Below, one piece after another: positions 24,975 through 37,790 of a DNA stretch of 64,000 nucleotides. Origin of the DNA: Mobula hypostoma (taxonomy: Eukaryota); NCBI RefSeq assembly GCF_963921235.1, contig NC_086097.1, positions 219,544,001-219,608,000 of the forward strand. The letters are read 5' to 3'. Positions within the stretch are counted from its first letter, which is position 1; the number at the start of each line of letters is the position of its first letter. The position numbers were made by a program, and so were the translations under genes. The notes beneath the pieces were generated by a model that saw nothing but the letters and a program-made list of their open reading frames with translations, was not told the DNA's origin and searched no databases.

Positions 24975-25171
24975 GTCACAAACAAGAGAAAATCTGCAGA
25001 TGCTGGAAATCTGAAAGACACACACAAAATGCTGGATGAACTCAGCAGGCCAGGCAGCATCTATGGAAAAGAATACACAGTCCTGCCGAAGGATTTCGGC
25101 CCAAAACGTCGAATGTATTCTCCCAACAATGCAGCCTGCCCTGCTGAGTTCATCCAGCATTTTGTGTGGGC
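24975..25171. mobile_element. Fold-back Penelope pLTR micro-insertion with a degenerate hammerhead in the loop
   Basis: Inverted arms cacacaaaatgctggatgaactcagcagg / cctgctgagttcatccagcattttgtgtg; centre agtc-CTGcCGA-aggatttcggccc-aAAAC-GTC; flanks tgtggaattca (24964-24974) and tgtagaattca (25172-25182). Confidence 0.85.
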
Positions 25172-25239
25172 TGTAGAATTCAATATTGAGTTCAGAAAGT
25201 AGCAACCTGCCCTGAACTGTTGTCTTCTCCATCGCTTTC

Positions 25240-25293
25240 CTTTCACCTGACCATTAGCCCTGTTATCTTTCACCTGACCGTTAGCCCTGTTAT
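25240..25293. repeat. 27-bp tandem duplication
   Basis: ctttcacctgaccRttagccctgttat occurs twice. Confidence 0.85.
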
Positions 25294-25412
25294 CCTTCCA
25301 CAGATTCCGCCTGACCACTTGTTTACAGTTCAGAATTCCCTCATCTGCTCTTTTATGTTTTCCTTCAGAAATCCCATTTTTCAATAATCCACGTGTTTTT
25401 AAGACTCAAGCT

Positions 25413-25931
25413 TAGGGTTGCCAACTGTCCCGTATTTGCCGGGACATCCCGTATATTGGGCTAAATTATTTTGTCCAATATGGGACCGCCCTTGTCCCAT
25501 ATTTCCCCCGTTAAGGTACAGAGTTCCTATGAAACCTTTCATGCTGAAATGGCGTAAAGCAAAGAAGCAATTACTGTACCATTAATTTATATGGGAAAAA
25601 TTTTTGAGCATTCCCAGACCCAAAAAATAACCTACCAAATCATACCAAATAACACATAAAACCTAAAATAACACTAACATATAGTAAAAGCAGGAATTAT
25701 ATGATAAATACAAAGCCCATATAAAGTAGAAATAATGTATGTGCAGTATAGTCGGGAAGATTAAGGCAAATCTGATTTGTGGAAAAAAAATCAGCACGTA
25801 CGCGCATGCACACACAGGTGCCCGCGCAAGGCTTCATGGTCATGGTAGTCTTTCCCGGGGTAAACTCAAGTGTCCCGTATTTGACTGCTACTTTTGTCCC
25901 TTATTCGGGAGTGAGAAAGTTGGCAACCCTA
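25413..25931. mobile_element. Non-autonomous hAT DNA transposon (MITE)
   Basis: TIRs TAGGGTTGCCAACT / AGTTGGCAACCCTA; 8-bp TSD ctcaagct / ctaaagct; subterminal tgtccc repeats. Confidence 0.9.
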
Positions 25932-26049
25932 CTAAAGCTTTACTTTGGAGACAATTGCATTACCTTCTTCTATTGTCTTTTATAAATTGCCTCAGTCTGT
26001 GAGAAAACCCTCCTCGTGTTCCCCCACTCTTCTCAAGTGATCCCTCAAG

Positions 26050-26745
26050 GAGGACCTATTTCAACTCATGTGGTTTCTGAGGTGGGCAATGAGGCCTATG
26101 CAGAATTTGTAATCTGCCAGAGGTGAGGCAGAAAGTGCTTGACCTTGCAGAACTGAGCATTGTTTGAGAGGTGCTGCACCCTTCCCGCTATTTTCATTTG
26201 GTTTCTGCATGCGTACAGCAGAGGTACCTACAGTTCTAATACCATTCTGTGAGCTCCTTCTCAATTCTGAATAATCATGGACTAATGATTCCTTCAAGTC
26301 AGTGGGTATGCTACACTTTTTCTTCAGGGCTTTGTTCTGATAACTTCTTGCTGTGTAGGAAGATGGACTGCAGTGTCTCTTTGGCAGCCATGAACAATGT
26401 GGCCTGCCCATTGAAGCTGAGCATAATTAGGTTCTCAGTATTGCGGATGCTATACTGGGAAAGGATCTCACCAATTGATTTGAAGGATTTTGTGGTGTTT
26501 TTCCCATGTTTCGTGGTACCTGCTGTAGATTGTTCAGAAGTCAGTAAAACAAGGTTTGCTGCTGTCCTGAAAGCATTGAACTTTATGCCAAGTATGTGGT
26601 CTTTATCTTTAAACATTCATTTCCTCAAATGTCCAAAGGCTTTGTTGGCACACTGAAAGCAATGGTACATATCATCCTGATGTCTAGCTTTGCTGAAGTG
26701 TGGAAACTGGTCTTTCAAGATATGGAAAGTGATCCACATTTCCAA
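26050..26745 (-). mobile_element. Old RTE-clade LINE 3' remnant
   Basis: KKCSIPTD...LVHDYSELRR and the C-terminal zinc-finger-like IGLIAHLRNH. Confidence 0.6.
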
Positions 26746-27710
26746 GAACATAGAACATGCAGCAGTACAGCACAGGAGCAGGCCTTTGGTCCACAGAATT
26801 GTGTCAAACCAATTAAATTATTAATCAAATTGCTAACTAAATGAATCCCTTTTGCCTACACAATGTCCATATTCTTCCATTTCCCTCACTTTCATATTCC
26901 TTTCTAAATATCTCCTAAGAATACTTAATGTATCTGCATCTACCACCACACCAGACAGTGTATTCCAGGTACCACCACCCTCTGTGTTAAAAAAAAACTT
27001 AACCCTCACATCTCTTTAGAACTTACTCCATTTCACCCTAAATACATGCCCTCTGATATTACACATTTCAACCCTGGGAAAAAGATACTGTCTGTCTACT
27101 CTATCTATACCTCTCATAATCTTATAAAAATCTGTCAGCCTCTGCTGCTTCAGAGAAAACAGTGCAAGTTTGTCCAATCTCTCGTTATCGCACATGCCCT
27201 CTAATCCAGGCGGCATCCTCGTAAATCTCTTCTGTACCCTCTTCAAAGCCTCAGCATCCTTCCTAATAGTTGGACAACCAGAACTGTATGCAATACTCCA
27301 GATGCGGTCTAACTAGAGTTTTATAAAGCTGTAACATAACTTCCTGACTTTTGAACTCAATGTCTCAATTAATAAAGGCAAGTATGTCATGTGCCTTCTT
27401 AATCACTCTATCAATCTGTGTAGCCGCTTTCAGGGAGGTATGAACTTGGACCCCCAGATCCCTCCGCTCATCAACATGGTTGAGAATCTCGCCCTTAACA
27501 GTGTACGGTCTCTTTACGCATGACCTACCAAAGTGCAACACTTGTACTTAAACTCCATCTGCCATTTCTCCACCCTGTTCTGCAACTGATCTATATCCCT
27601 TTATATTCTTTGCCAGTTATCTACACTATCCACAGCACCATCAATCTGCAGACTTACTAACCCATCATTTGCCTGATCTCTCTGCTCATCAACGTTGTTA
27701 ACAATCTTGC
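26746..27710 (-). mobile_element. CR1 3' fragment
   Basis: KRVQKRFTRMPPGL...IMRGIDRVD...RGHVF. Confidence 0.8.
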
Positions 27711-27829
27711 CCAAGGTTCTCATTTCTCACTTTTATCATTATCGAGTGGAATTGTGAATCAGGGCCAAACTGGTAAATGAAATTTAGTTTTCAGGTGTTA
27801 CGTGCAAGGCAAAATCTCTAGTTCACTTC

Positions 27830-28082
27830 AAAAGTTCGAAGTTCAAAATAAATTTATTGTCAAAGTACATATATGTCACTATATACAACCCTGAGATTCA
27901 ATGAATCAATGAAAGACCACACTCAGCGGGATGGAGAACAATCATTATGTAAAAAAAAATGTGCAAAGACAAAAATAAACCAGAAAAAAATAATACTAAC
28001 AAATAAGCAATAAACATTGAGAACATGAGATGAAGAGTCCTTGAAAGGGAGCCCATAATCAAATTAGTATGTTCACTTCAGT
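27830..28082 (-). mobile_element. Rex1-type 3' tail
   Basis: aagttcaaaataaatttattgtcaaagtac; homologous to 31895-32185. Confidence 0.6.
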
Positions 28083-28266
28083 GAATAAATATTGGCATGT
28101 CCACATGTTAAGTTTGGTTGCTTACTGTGCAAAACATGCAAGCATCAGTTGTGTACTGCAGTTCAATGGTTTAGACTGAAATGACTTTTCTTCTGGAGTA
28201 GAGATTGCAAACAATTGACATAGTCCGCTTTTGTCTCTGAAATACAGTAGCTTGTTTGAGGTGACG

Positions 28267-28680
28267 TGTAATATTATAGATATTACTTCAACTTTCAGTT
28301 CAGAAACAGAGTCTCCCGGAATTAAGCTCTCCGGGCATTTGTGGGGAGTTGAGGAGCATTGGGTTCCCAGGTTTTCAGATCACCTGAACTGGTTAATTGT
28401 TGTTTAATAAGATTTGTTAATTGTTTATATTTTCTTGTTTAGTTTATTTTAACAGGCTCAGGAATTCCTTGTTAGTTGTATTATTTAAGCATATGCTCTA
28501 TTAGCATAATCGTGAGGTCATAGTTCCAAGAACGTTATGTCAGGCAGTGTCACTCAGCCTAGACACTGATGCTCTGTCAGAATTCCTATGTATAAACTGG
28601 TTGCAGTCTCTGTATGAGAGTCTCTCTTTCCTCTACACTTGGGTTCCGTCATTGTCGGTATACACGTTGACTCTCCCTTT
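28267..28680 (+). mobile_element. Possible LTR fragment
   Basis: Starts TGTAA and has TATAAA near 28591. It may continue at about 30130-30201 after the CR1. No clear TSD. Confidence 0.25.
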
Positions 28681-28681
28681 T

Positions 28682-30120
28682 AGAATCATGGAGTCAAAGA
28701 ATCATACAACATGAAACTGGCCCTTCAGCCAACTCATCCATGCCGACTCAGTGACCCAGCAAGCTAGTCCCATCTACCCTTGTTTGGCTCCGAACCTCTT
28801 TTATCCATGAACCTATCTAGATGTCTTTTAAATGTTACTAATGTGCCCGCACAACCACTTTGTCGGGTAGCTCATTTCAAACATGCGCCACCACTTGCCT
28901 GAAGAAGCTGACCCTGATATCTCTTTTAAATCTCTTGCCTCTGATCTTAAACACCTGCCCTCTTGTTTTTAGCATCCCACATCCCTCCAGGAAAAAGAAT
29001 AAATGTTGTTACCTTCTCGATGCTCCTCATGATTTTGCATACCTGTCGAAGGTAACCCTTCAATTTGTCCTGTTCAAGAGAATAAAGTCCTATGATACAC
29101 AATCTCTCCTCGTAATTAAGGCTCCCAAATCCAGGCAACATCCTGGTAAATCTTTTCTGCACTCTTTCTGGCTTAATAACATCTTTCCTATCTCAGGGTA
29201 ACCAAAACTGCACACAATACATCAAGTGCAGCCCATCAACATCTTACATAATTGCGACATAACTTTTCAGCTCCTCTACACAAGGTCCTGACTGTTGAAG
29301 GCCAGCGTACCAAAGCCTTCTTTACCAACCTATCCATGCATGACCCCACTTTCGGTGAACTAATGCAATTATACTCTTAGCTTTTTCTGTTCCATAACTC
29401 TCTCCAGGGCTCTACCATTCACTGTATGTTCTACCCTGTTTTGATCTCACAAAGCACAATTCCTCATATTCACCTGGATTGAAAGCTATTTGCCAATCCT
29501 CAGCCCATATATGTACCTATCTGACCAAGCTCCCAATGTAATTTTTATAACCTTCTATAATATCTACACACCACCTATTTTAGTATCATCTAAAAACTTA
29601 CAAATCATGTATATTCACATCCAAATCCTTTATATAACTCACAAACAACTCCAAGTCCTCGCACTAAACTTTGTGAGCATCAGTAGACACCAGCTTCCAG
29701 TCTCAGAAACAACCCATGACCATCACCTTCGATGTTTTACCACTAAGTGTGTTAGGAATCCAATTCACTTTACCCCTGGATCCCATAAGATCTAACCTTC
29801 CAGACTAGTTTACCTAGAGGGGCCTTGTCAAAGGTCCATATACTGTAGGCAAGATTCACTCCCTTACACTCATCTAACTTCTTGAAGAACTCCAAGATAT
29901 TTGTTAGACATGACTTCCCAACTGTAAAGTTATGCTGACTGTCCTAAATCAACCCCTGTCTCTCCAAATGCTGATGAATCTTCTCAGAATCCACTCCACT
30001 ACCAATTTCAATCTCAATGGTTTGTCACTTTCTGGCTTGTTTTTCTTGCTCTTGTTCAATAATGGTACTATATCAGCCACTCTCTAGTCCTCCAGAACCT
30101 CACCCATGGCCAGAAAGGGA
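28682..30120 (-). mobile_element. Decayed CR1
   Basis: QKRFTRMLPGF and NYEERL; RT remnants extend to about 30120. Confidence 0.75.
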
Positions 30121-31894
30121 GAGGAGGACTGAGAATATGAATGTTACTTGCCCCTTATTCCATGTTGGTGTCACGCATGCAGGCAGGCATGGGCTGCTTA
30201 CTTTCTGAGAAATACCAGGCAGAATTGAATATGTGTCATTTGAGCTCTGAGAAACTTTTACAACAATGTCTGCTAGTCTCTATCTTTAAGTCTTTAGGGT
30301 ACAAGCACTCCCATGGATGATCTTATACTTTGCATAAAGAAATATATCTGGAGTTATTAGAGACCCATTCCATCTCATTCTAATGTTTTTATATTCTTAT
30401 GAAAGGCCTACTCCCTTGCCCTGCCCAAGATATTTTTCTCCCATTTTAATGATATCTTCTACCCTAACACTATGCTTCTGGTTGCAAATACCTGTCTAGT
30501 CTGTGAATTGCTAAATACCTTATAATCTCTTATGATGCGTCAGCCAACCCAAGGCAGTCACATTCTAGCATCTTGTAGAGAGGCACTTTACCACACTCCC
30601 CTGAGATATTATAACTCTCTGTAATTGCAGGCAATGGGTTTCAGCTGTACCAGCAATTTGCATAAAGGCTTATTTGCATATGTTATGTAAAAAGATGATT
30701 TTTTTAAATATCCCACTCTGGTTTATTATTTAATTATTTGAAGTTAGCAAACATCTGCTGAATTTGCCAGATGTGTCCATATAAAGAGAGCACTGTAAAA
30801 AGCAGCATTTTAAATCATTAGAATCTACTGCCGGCTTGATATCCAGGGTAAGTTTTTAATCTCAGAATGCAGACCTATCAGAAAAGCCACATCTAATGTA
30901 CCATGTAAATCTGATTTAAAGATAAAAGAAAACTTATTTCGCAGGTTTAGCAATACAAGAGATTACCATTCCATGTGTCCCAACCATTGAGATATTTTCG
31001 ATAGAAGCATTGTATGTCCTCAGTTATGGACAGGCTGAAGGAGACATAATTGCTCACTCAGAAAAAAAAAACTACAAGTCAAAGGAATTATAATGAATGA
31101 AAGTTTAAATTCTTAAAGACTCCTGTGAGTTTCTCAGGGCACATGACAATGGATAAAGCCATTCCTGATAAGATCTTTGTGCCTTGCAGTTGGTTTCCTC
31201 CTGTGAAATGTAATAGTCCCCGATACTGAGAAGCTGACTGAGAATATTCACACTAAATATTACAGGATGATAGAGCAACTGTAAAAACATAAAAACAAAA
31301 CAAAGTACTGAAAATTCTCATCAGGTCAGGCAGTATGTGTGGAGCGAGAGCAAACATCTCAGTTTCATGACCTCACATCTGGGTTGTTAAAAATAGAATC
31401 CTGGAGTTGGTTTCGTGTCTAAAACCCAATGAAGGGTGAGAAAGAATTAGTGAGTAATCCCACACTTAGAATGATCAAAAGCCATAAATATCTTCTTTGG
31501 GATCTAAAACAGAGGAATGAACTGCAAGCTGCCAGCACAGAATTTTTTCTTACGCTACATAACTTTTTGATATATAATTTGTCAGTGCCAGGGGTAATTG
31601 AGTGAAGCATGGCCATTTCTGACCAACAGTAGAGTTTCTGTGAGGATAAGGATGATTAAGTAAACTTTATTGTCCAGATTTACCAAGAAGTGAAAACTAA
31701 CCTGTGGAACATCTTCACAGCTGAATTAAATATATTTTCTAGTGATGAAAGCTTAAATAAGAGTGAAGTTAGCAACACTGACCTGTAAGAGTGAATGTGG
31801 CTACCAGTTATTCACATTGAGTGATTCTTACATCCGGAACTCAAAACTGATTTATATGCAGGATATCAAGGTATCTGTATATTACTAAATTATA

Positions 31895-32575
31895 AAGTTC
31901 AAAGTAAATTTATTACCAAAATATATATACATCACCACATACAATCCTGAGATTCATTTTCTTGCAGGCATACTCATTAAATCCATTAACCGTAATAGAT
32001 TCAATGAAAGACCACACACAACAAGGCAAACAACCAATGTGCAAAAAGCAACAAATGGTGAAAATACAAAAAAAGAAATGGTAATAATAGATAAATAAGC
32101 AATAAAATTTGAGAACAGGAGATGAAGAGTCCTTAAAAATGCGTCCACAGGTTGTGGGAAGAGTTTAGTGATGGAGCAAGTGAAGTTGAGTGAAGTTATC
32201 CCCTTTGATTCAAGAGTTGATGGTTGAGGGTAATAACAGTTCCTGAACTTCATGGTGTGAGTCCTGAGGCTCCTAAACCTTCTTCCTGATGTAGTAGTGA
32301 GAAGAGGGCACAATAAGGGTGTTGGGATCCCAGAAGATGGATGCTGCTTTCCTGACATAATATTCCATGCAGATGTGCTTGATGGGGGTGGGGAAAGCTA
32401 TACCCGTGATGGACTGGACCGTGTCCACTACTTTTGTAGGATTTCACGTTCAAGAGCATTGATGTTTCCATACAGGCTGTGATGCAGTCAGTCAATATAC
32501 TCTCCACACAAATCTGTTGTAGATTGTCAAAGTTTTAGATGTCATGCCAAATCTTCACAAACTTCTAAGGAAGTT
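31895..32575 (-). mobile_element. Rex1/Babar LINE 3' fragment
   Basis: ESILTDCITA and SGRRFRSLRTHTMKFRNCYYP. Confidence 0.8.
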
Positions 32576-32964
32576 CAAAAGCCAAAAATATGATCTTAAG
32601 TAAGTAAGTCAATGAAATTATTCTGAATTATGACAAACCTACTAAAATCACAGTCTAAATGATGTTGGTAGAATTTCAAGACAGTTTTTCTTTTAACTGA
32701 AAAATTATCAGTTATTACTCGGTTGTAATTTACTTTTTATATTTTACAGGGATGGCTCTACTGACTTGTACTAAATCTCATGAAAGCAGTTCTGGAACAT
32801 CTGAAATCAATATTTCCAAGTCATACAGGACAAGACAGGTACTTCCAATTTATAAATAACAACTTTTCATTGTGAATTAATGCATCCAGAAAGCTATTCA
32901 GAGCTATTCATATTCTTAACTGCCACAAGAATCTCTAAAGTAATGCTGAAGTACAGAAAATAAT

Positions 32965-35060
32965 TTAAGACCATCAGGTATAGGAGCAGAATTAGGCCAT
33001 TCAGCCCATTGGGTCTTCTCCGCCATTCCTTCATGGCAGTCTTATGTGTGCGCCTTGTCGAAGGCTATCTGAAAATCCAAGTAAACAACATCCACTGACT
33101 CTCCTTTGTCTACCTTGCCTGCTATTTCCTCAAAAAATTCCAACAGATCTGTCAGATAAGATTTCCCCTTAAGGAAACCATGCTGACTTTGGCCCATTGT
33201 ATCATGAGCCTCCACATACCCCGAAACTTTGTCCTTAAAAATAGACTCCAACATCTTACAAACCATTGAAATCAGCTAACTAGCCTATAATTTCCTTTCT
33301 TCTTAAAGAAAGGAGTGTCATTTGTAATTTTCCAGTCCTCTAGAACCGTTACTGAATCTAATGATTTTTGAAAGATCACCACTTCAGCTACCTCTTTCAG
33401 AGTCCTGGGGTGTAGCTCATCCGGTCCAGGTAATCTATCAACCTACACACCTTTCAGATTCCCAGCGCTTTCTCCTTAGTAATAGTGACTACACTCATTT
33501 CTGCCCCCTGACACTCTCGAATTTCTGGCATAATGTTAATATCTTCCATAGTGAAGAATGACACAAAATGCTTATTAAAGTTTTCCGAGATTCCTTTGTT
33601 CCCCATTATCCTCCAAAGGTCTGATATCCTTTCTTGCCCCTATTTTACTCCTTATTTATCTGAAAAAAACTGTATATTATTCAATAGTTTACGTTCATAT
33701 TTCATTTTCTCTCTCCCTATTGTTTTTTAAGTTACCTCCCATTGCTCAACCACAATCTGCTCTAAAAAGCCACCTTGTAGCCATTCTATGAATCCCTTCT
33801 CGAGATTCTGAACCAACCTGATTTTCCCAATCTACCTGCAAATTGAAATCTCCCATTACTATCGTGACATTGCCCTTTTTCCATGCCTTTTCCATCCCCC
33901 ATTGTAATTTGTATCCCACATCCTGGCTACTGTTCGAGGCCTGTATATTACTCATGGCAGGGTATTTTTACCCTTGAGGTTTCTTAACTCTATCCACAAG
34001 GATTCTACATCTTTCAATCATATGTTACCTCTTTCTAAAGATTTGATTTCATTTTTGACCAACAGTGCCACCACACCCCCTCTGTCTACCTGCCTGTCAG
34101 AAGAAGAAGAAGAAGTAACTCATCACTCAGAGCTTCAAATCCAATGACATTTCCCACATTCAGTTTAGTGACACCCTGCAGATCATTCTCACTATTGTCC
34201 TTTCAATATAATGTCTATCCTTGGATATTAAGCTCCTAACCATGATCTTCTTTCTGCCATGACACAGTGATGCCCACAACACAGTACAGAACATGTCAAT
34301 CTCTAACTGCACCACAAGATCATCTACCTTATGCTGACATTCAAATATAACACCTTCAGTCCTGTATTCATCACCCTTTTCAATGTTGCCCTATCATCTG
34401 CCTGACTTCCCTCAGTCTCACTACACACTGCATCTATTTCTATACCAACTGCCCCATCCTCAGCCTCATTACTCTGATTCCCATCCACTGCCAAATGAGT
34501 TTAAACCCTCCCCAACAGTCTAGCAAACCTGTCTGCAAGGATATTGGTACCCCTTGTGTTCAGCTGTAAATCGTCATTTTCGTACAGGTCATACCTCCCT
34601 GAGGAAGAGATCCCAATATCCAGAAATCTGAAACTCTGCCCCCTGCACCAGTTCCTCAGCCACACATTTATCTGACAAATCATCCTATTCTTACCCTTTC
34701 TGGTGCGTGGCAGAGGCAGCAACTCGGAGATTACTGCCCTGGAGGTCCTGCTTTTCAGCTTTTTACCAAACTCCCTATATTCTCAGTTCAGGACCTCTTC
34801 CGTTTTCCTACCTATGTCGTCAGTACAAATATGTACCATGACTTCTCATTGCTCACCCTCCCCCTTCAGAATGCTGTGGACCCAGTCCGAAACATCACTG
34901 ACCCTGGCACCGGGGAGGTAAAATACTAACCAGATTTTATTTTCATGTCCACAGATCTCCTGTCTGCTTTTTGAACTATGGAATCCCCTATCACTACTGC
35001 ACTCTTCTTCTCCCCACTTCCTTTCTGAGCCACAGAGCCAGAGACCTGCTCTCTACAGCT
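32965..35060 (-). mobile_element. Internally deleted CR1: ORF1 esterase-like, endonuclease and RT pieces, and 3' end
   Basis: SQHGFLKGKS and VYLDFQIAFDK; IVMGDFNLQVDW; QINVWLRNWCRGQSFRFLD. Confidence 0.85.
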
Positions 35061-35746
35061 TCTGGTATGTTCCGTTGTTTCAATTTCATGTGATAAATAA
35101 AGCTAACCTTTCTTTCAACATGGATTGTGAATATATCCATCCACAAGCAAAACTATCAAAACTCTTAATTTGTGCCCAGAATGAAATCTGGCAAAAATGT
35201 ATAGCTTCCAGCTCTAATTTTTCCCTCAGATAGAGTTGATTGCATTGATTACAATTCTTCCAGTGCCAACAGTACACTACTATCTTTCCAAATCAGCTAT
35301 TCTTTTCTGATTAATACCAGGGACTTTCTAACCTAAAGTCATTCAGCTGAGCCTCATTATATCTTTAACTACTGGTCTTTCCCATGAACTGATTGATTGA
35401 TGGATGGGAATCAGCAGCAAGGACATTAGATTGCATTTCACATTGATTTTGTGATACTGTTGCTGTTTTGCCTTTTGCTGAGACCAGATATATCTACACA
35501 GGAATTAAGCATATTCTTAGTCTTTACAGCTCAGTGAACAATAGTTACTCTAACCCTATTATCCAGTACTTGATCTGTAGCATTCTATATCTTAACAAAT
35601 CAAATATTTATGTAAGTGGTTCTCAAGTGTGACCATACCTGCTTCTACTACCCACACAGATAGTTTGTTCCAAATTCCCAATACATTCTACCAAAAAGGT
35701 CCTTCCTCAGATCCTGTTCTACCATCTTCCATCTTCCACTAAACCT

Positions 35747-35845
35747 GCAAACAACAGGAATTCTGCAGATGCTGGAAATTCAAGCAACACACATCAAAGT
35801 TGCTGCCTGGCTTGCTGCGTTCACCAGCAACTTTGATGTGTGTTG
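35747..35845. mobile_element. 99-bp fold-back Penelope pLTR micro-insertion
   Basis: Arms gcaacacacatcaaagttgctg / cagcaactttgatgtgtgttgc; 14-bp TSD cttccactaaacct at 35733-35746 and 35846-35859; lies inside an old CR1. Confidence 0.9.
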
Positions 35846-36240
35846 CTTCCACTAAACCTATGTCCTTGAGTTTTTGACACCTCTGATTTGAGGTCTCTAT
35901 TATCTATCTCGTCTTCAGCACTCATAATTTTATATACCTTTTTATCAGGTCCCACCACAGCTCCAAAGAAAACAAACCCAGTTTATCCAGAATCCCTTTA
36001 TATGCGAAATGATCCATCTCAAACAAAATCCAAGTGAATCCATACTGCATTCTCTACAGTGCAATCATATGTTTTGTATAGTGTGGTGACCCCAGGACTG
36101 TATCACATGTACAGGACTGTACACAGCTGTATAGAGCACTCCAGATGTGTCCAAAACTATATTTTATAAGCTATACCATAACCTTCCTTTTTTATATTCT
36201 TTGTCACAGCTAATGAAGGCCACAGCTAATGACTTTTTAA

Positions 36241-36407
36241 ACAAGCAACACGCACAAAATGCTGGAAGTCCTGCTTAACGGTCTTGGCTTGAAACGTCGA
36301 CTGAACTCTATCCCATAGATGCTGCCTGGCCTGCTGAGTTCCTCCAGCATTGTGTGTGTGTCGCTTTGATTTCCAGTATCTGCAGATTTTCTCTTGTTTG
36401 TAATTGG
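36241..36407 (+). mobile_element. Fold-back Penelope pLTR micro-insertion with a degenerate hammerhead
   Basis: A short inverted arm is followed by agtc-CTGcttA...GAAAC-GTC-gact and the pLTR end; 12-bp TSD atgactttttaa at 36229-36240 and 36408-36419. Confidence 0.85.
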
Positions 36408-36621
36408 ATGACTTTTTAACCACTTTATCTACCTGTGCTCCCACATTTAGGGATCCCTGGACCTCTTCACCAGGGCACCTCTTTACAATAATACATCCTT
36501 GGGTCCTACTCTTCAAAGTGTATGTCCTACCTTTACTCAACTTCCCACTGTTCATCACTTCATGATTTTCAGGAAAAAATTCCTTCAGTCATTACTGTAC
36601 CTATTTTGCCAAACTGATCAA

Positions 36622-37790
36622 TATGGATTTCAGCAAGGCATTTGATAAGGTTCCCCATGCAAGACTTATTGAGAAAGTAAGGAGACATAGGATCCAAGGG
36701 GACATTGCTTTGTGGATCCAGAACTGGCTTGCCCACAGAAGGCAAAGAGTGGTTGTAGACAGGTCATATTCTGTATGGAGGTCGGTGACCAGTGGAGTGC
36801 CTCAGGGATCTGTTCTGTGACCCCTTCATTTCATGATTTTTATAAATGACCTGGATGAGGAAGTAGAGGGATGGGTTAGTAAATTTGCTGATGACACAAA
36901 GGTTGGGGGTGTTGTGGATAGTGTGGAGGACTGTCAAAGGTTACAGTGGGACATTGATAGGATGCAAAACTGGGCTGAGAAGTGGCAGTTGGAGTTCGAC
37001 CCAGATAAGTATGAGGTGGTTCATTTTGGTAGGTTAAATGTGATGGCAGAATATAGTATTAATGGTAAAACTCTTGGCAGTATGGAGGATCAGAGGGATC
37101 TTGGGGTCCGAGTCCATAGGACACTCGAAGCTGCTGCACAGGTTGACTCTGTGGTTAAGAAGACATACAGTGCATTGGCCTTCATCAACCATGGGATTGA
37201 GTTTAAGAGCCGAGAGGTAATGTTACAGTTATATAGGACCCTGGTCAGACCCCACTTGGAATACAGTGCTCAGTTCTGGTCACCTCACTACAGGAAGAAT
37301 GTGGAAATTATAGAAAGGGTGCAGAGGAGATTTACAAGGATGTTGCCTGGATTGGGGAGCATGCCTTATGAGAATAGGTTGAGTGAACTCGGCCTTTTCT
37401 CCTTGGAGCGACGGAGGATGAGAGGTGACCTGATAGAGTTGTATAAGATGATGAGAGGCATTGATCGTGTGGATAGTCAGAGGCTTTTCCCTAAGCTGAA
37501 ATGGCTACTATGAGAGGGCACAGTTTTAAGGTGCTTGGAAGTAGTTACCTAGGCGATATCGAGGGAAAGTTTTTTACGCAGAGAGTGGTGAGTGTATGGA
37601 ATGGGCTGCCAGTGACAGTGGTGGAGGCGGATACGAAAGGGTATTTTAAGAGACTCCTGGATAGGTACATGGAGCTTAGAAAAATAGAGGGCTATGGGTA
37701 ACCCTAGATAGTTTCTAAAGTAAGTACATGTTCGGCACAGCGTTGTGGGCCTAAGGGCCTGTATTGTGCTGTAGGTTTTCTATGTTTCTA
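36622..37790 (+). mobile_element. CR1 LINE 3' part (RT)
   Basis: ORFs 36623..36820, 36833..37513 (KFADDTK) and 37501..37701; TTTCTATG tail. Confidence 0.92.
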
